A DNA stretch of 64,000 nt from Macrostomum lignano (taxonomy: Eukaryota). Below are positions 60,983 to 64,000 of the stretch, in pieces. Every line of letters begins with the position of its first letter. Position 1 is the first letter of the stretch. The stretch spans positions 62,001 through 126,000 of the forward strand of contig NIVC01000048.1 in NCBI GenBank assembly GCA_002269645.1, read 5' to 3'. The notes under the pieces are model-generated. The model was not told the DNA's origin and did no database searches. It saw only the letters and a program-made list of their open reading frames with translations. Position numbers and translations under genes: made by a program.

Positions 60983-62089
60983 TTTTGCTCGTAACTGTTG
61001 GGTAAACTTTTGGGTTTTGAAGTGTGTCAAAGTAAATTACGAGAGACGATGCAAATCGCTTTTAGCATAAAAATTTCCATTTACTAACCGATAATATTTG
61101 CTTTTTCCTGACCAATCGTGTGCTACCTTTTCGGGAAATTTTTCATTGGTGGAAATGGAAAAGAAAATGAGGTGAGTGTCACACCATGTTGACTGTGCCT
61201 TGGCCCTGGCAACCACGTGCACCGATGCCGCGCAGGGGGATCCGGTGGTGCCGGTGTCCGCAGCGGTGTGCCTCTCTGGAGAGTCCTGCAGGTGAATGGT
61301 CGCTCGCCCGGTAGCCCTAAGGTATCGAGGCCGAGCTGGCAGATATTCTCGGGTCTGAAAACGTCAAAGAACGTCCGGGTTTGTGCCCGAGGTAGGCGGG
61401 GCATTCACAGATGAAGTGCTGCACATTCTTGACACCGGAGATGCAGAATGGGCATCCTCACTGCAGATTTTCCCATGGAGGTAGCGTTTTTTAGCAAAGC
61501 ACCCATGACCTGATAGGGTCATTGCTACCGGGCCTTGGTGTCCCTGCCGTTGAGTCCTAGCAGGGTCCTACGGAACGGGAGAGGGACAGGGGATTGCAAC
61601 AAAGACTCCCCCAGTGGGAGCCAGAGAAAGAAATATTTTAGCTTCAGAGTGCCCCAGACGAGACCTTACCAAACGAAAATTTAATTCTTTTCTGGGTTCT
61701 TTTGACCACTTTGACATCCCCGATATGGGTCCCCCATTTCAGTTGAGCCTTGACATCTTAGCAATTCCCCCAGCCTTAACATCTCATGTTATATGTGCGC
61801 TATATGAACTATTGCGTATAAGACGCACGTTAAATTTCATCAATTCATTATGTGCTAGAATTGAGAGCTCTTAATGAGCCGCCACTAAAAGAAAGAGAAA
61901 GAACAAGCCACTGCTGCAGGATAAAAAAGAAAGTACGTTGGTAACTCGCTACAATTAAACAATCACATACTTCGACTTTAATGTCGTTAATCTAGAAGAG
62001 TCCATCGAAACGGAAATAATAGTCATAGAAGATGCAGAAGACATAACATCTCAAGAATTCCCTCCGAGATATTTGAAATCTCAGCAATT

Positions 62090-62612
62090 CGATCCCCCAA
62101 TAGCAAGCACCCCCAGATAGCAAGCATCCCCCAGATAGCAAGCATCCCCAGATAGCAAGCACCCCCAGATAGCAAGCATCCACCAGATAGCAAGTACCCA
62201 CCAGATAGCAAGTACCCACCAGATAGCAAGCAATCCCCCAGATAGCAAGCACCCCCAGATAGCAAGCACCCCCCCCCCCAGATAGCAAGCACCCCACTCC
62301 AGATAGCAAGCACCCCACCCCAGATAGCAAGCACCCCACCCCAGATAGCAAGCACCCCACCCCAGATAGCAAGCACCCCACCCCAGATAGCAAGCATCCC
62401 ACCCCAGATAGCAAGCACCCCCTAGATAGTAAACACCCTCCAGATAGCAAGCACCCCACCCCAGATAGCAAGCACCCCACCCCAGATAGCAAGCACCCCC
62501 TAGATAGTAAACACCCTCCAGATAGCAAGCACCCCACCCCAGATAGCAATCACCCCACCCCAGATAGCAAGCACCCCCTAGATAGTAAACACCCTCCAGA
62601 TAGCAAGCACCC
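62090..62612 (-). repeat. 18/19-bp minisatellite variant (CCCCAGATAGCAAGCACC)
   Basis: Same core AGATAGCAAGCA as 52990-56020. Confidence 0.92.
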
Positions 62613-63617
62613 TAGCACCCCAGCGTTGCTTGTGCAATAATCCTTTTCTTAGCTAATGATAAAGAATTTAACTTATTTTATTTTATGACATTTTATGTGT
62701 CCCAGGGCTCTTATTTATTCCTTTGTCTAGCCATACTTGCTGCCACCAAAGTTGTAACAGGTCTTTTGACTCCCTATGAGAATCCCACTAAATGCCACCA
62801 AAGTTGTAATAAAGCTATTTCTCCTTAATAATTCTACTGGTTATTAATTGTCTTTCTACTGGTAGCGCATGTACTTCTATCGGTAGTGTATGTACTTCTA
62901 TTGGTAGCGTATGTACTTCTATTGGTAGCGTATGTACTTCTATTGTACTTTCTGGCCTGAGCGGTCTAATAGCACTGTCTATTCTATTCCTATGCTTCCC
63001 CTAATATTATTCTCTCAGTCCTGGGCGTTCCCTGGATCAAAGGGTCACAGCTTATGCTCTTTCTCTGCCCTGAGGCGATCTTCTCTCGTTTTGAGGCGGT
63101 TCTCCTGCCCTGAGGCGAATTTACAATTTACTGCCCTGAGGCGGTTTCTCGCTTGTAGCGGTTTCTGATACTCCCAATTGGGGTTCTTATACTCTAAGAA
63201 ATGATTAAGTCTTTAAGCGATTTCAATATTTAGAACGAACTAAATTTGCTTATCGAAAACCGAGAGGCAGCAAACGGTTGCTTCCTCAAGTCTGCTCAGC
63301 GTGTCTATTTATACCCAAAATTCGTTATAGTTTAAACAAAATAATAATTGCAGAAATATTTTTGCAAACCACAACATTCAAACAAATATTTCGCGCAGAT
63401 TTGAATAAAGGTTTTTCTAAGAAAGGCAAACATAAAACGAGTAAAAATTCAAAAGTATTAGAGCTATTATTAATGCCTGTCTCATATGCTTTACTATTTT
63501 AATATTCGTAAAAATACGTTATAACAATAAGATATTTAGCTCCTGATTTTCCTAAAAGTCATTTTTTGCCTATCTATAATCCTACTTAGCGAACGGAATA
63601 ATGGGGAGTACGAAATC

Positions 63618-64000
63618 TGCTATAGCAGGAAATCTGCTAGCCGAAATCTGCTAGCCGAAGTTTGCTAGCGAGAAATTTGCTTGCCGAAATCTGCTAGCCG
63701 AAGTTTGCTAGCCGAAATCTGCTAGCCGAAGTTTGCTAGCTGAAATGTGCTAGCCGAAATGTGCTAGCCGAAGTTTGCTAGCCGAAATCCGCTAGCCGAA
63801 ATCCGCTAGCCGAAATCTGCTAGCCGAAATGTGCTAGCCGAAATCTGCTAGCCGAAATCTGCTAGCCGAAATCCGCTAGCCGAAATCTGCTAGCCGAAGT
63901 TTGCTAGCTGAAATGTGCTAGCCGAAATGTGCTAGCCGAAATGTGCTAGCCGAAATCTGCTAGCCGAAGTTTGCTAGCTGAAATGTGCTAGCCGAAATGT
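63618..64000 (+). repeat. 14-bp minisatellite (TGCTAGCCGAAATC), runs off the window
   Basis: Visible tandem units. Confidence 0.93.

Overview
Eukaryotic (metazoan) genomic DNA. Spliceosomal introns, TTAGGG repeats, PIG-W, a TRP channel and PAN-lectin genes point to an invertebrate, and the style resembles a macrostomid flatworm (inference only). Positions ~1500-26828 hold an endogenous Polinton/Maverick (adintovirus-like) genome. It encodes an integrase C-terminus, a pX-like protein, protein-primed PolB, adenain protease, packaging ATPase, putative core proteins, and major and minor capsid proteins. Its integrase is cut off by a Ngaro/DIRS retrotransposon (1-~1500). Its pPolB is split at one A|T by a 13.1-kb head-to-tail stack of five non-autonomous Helitrons (4172-17253) carrying 23-bp and 18-bp satellites and TTAGGG tracts; removing the stack restores the reading frame exactly. 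The Polinton's right end lies inside a host PAN/F-type lectin exon. The rest is host DNA: a young non-autonomous LTR element, an ankyrin-TRP channel gene, PIG-W with satellite-filled introns, and a duplicated PAN/C-type lectin cluster whose sugar-binding motif varies (QPD/EPN/QPN), mixed with Helitron helicase fragments, SINEs and minisatellites. All calls come from manual translation and motif recognition; no database searches were run.
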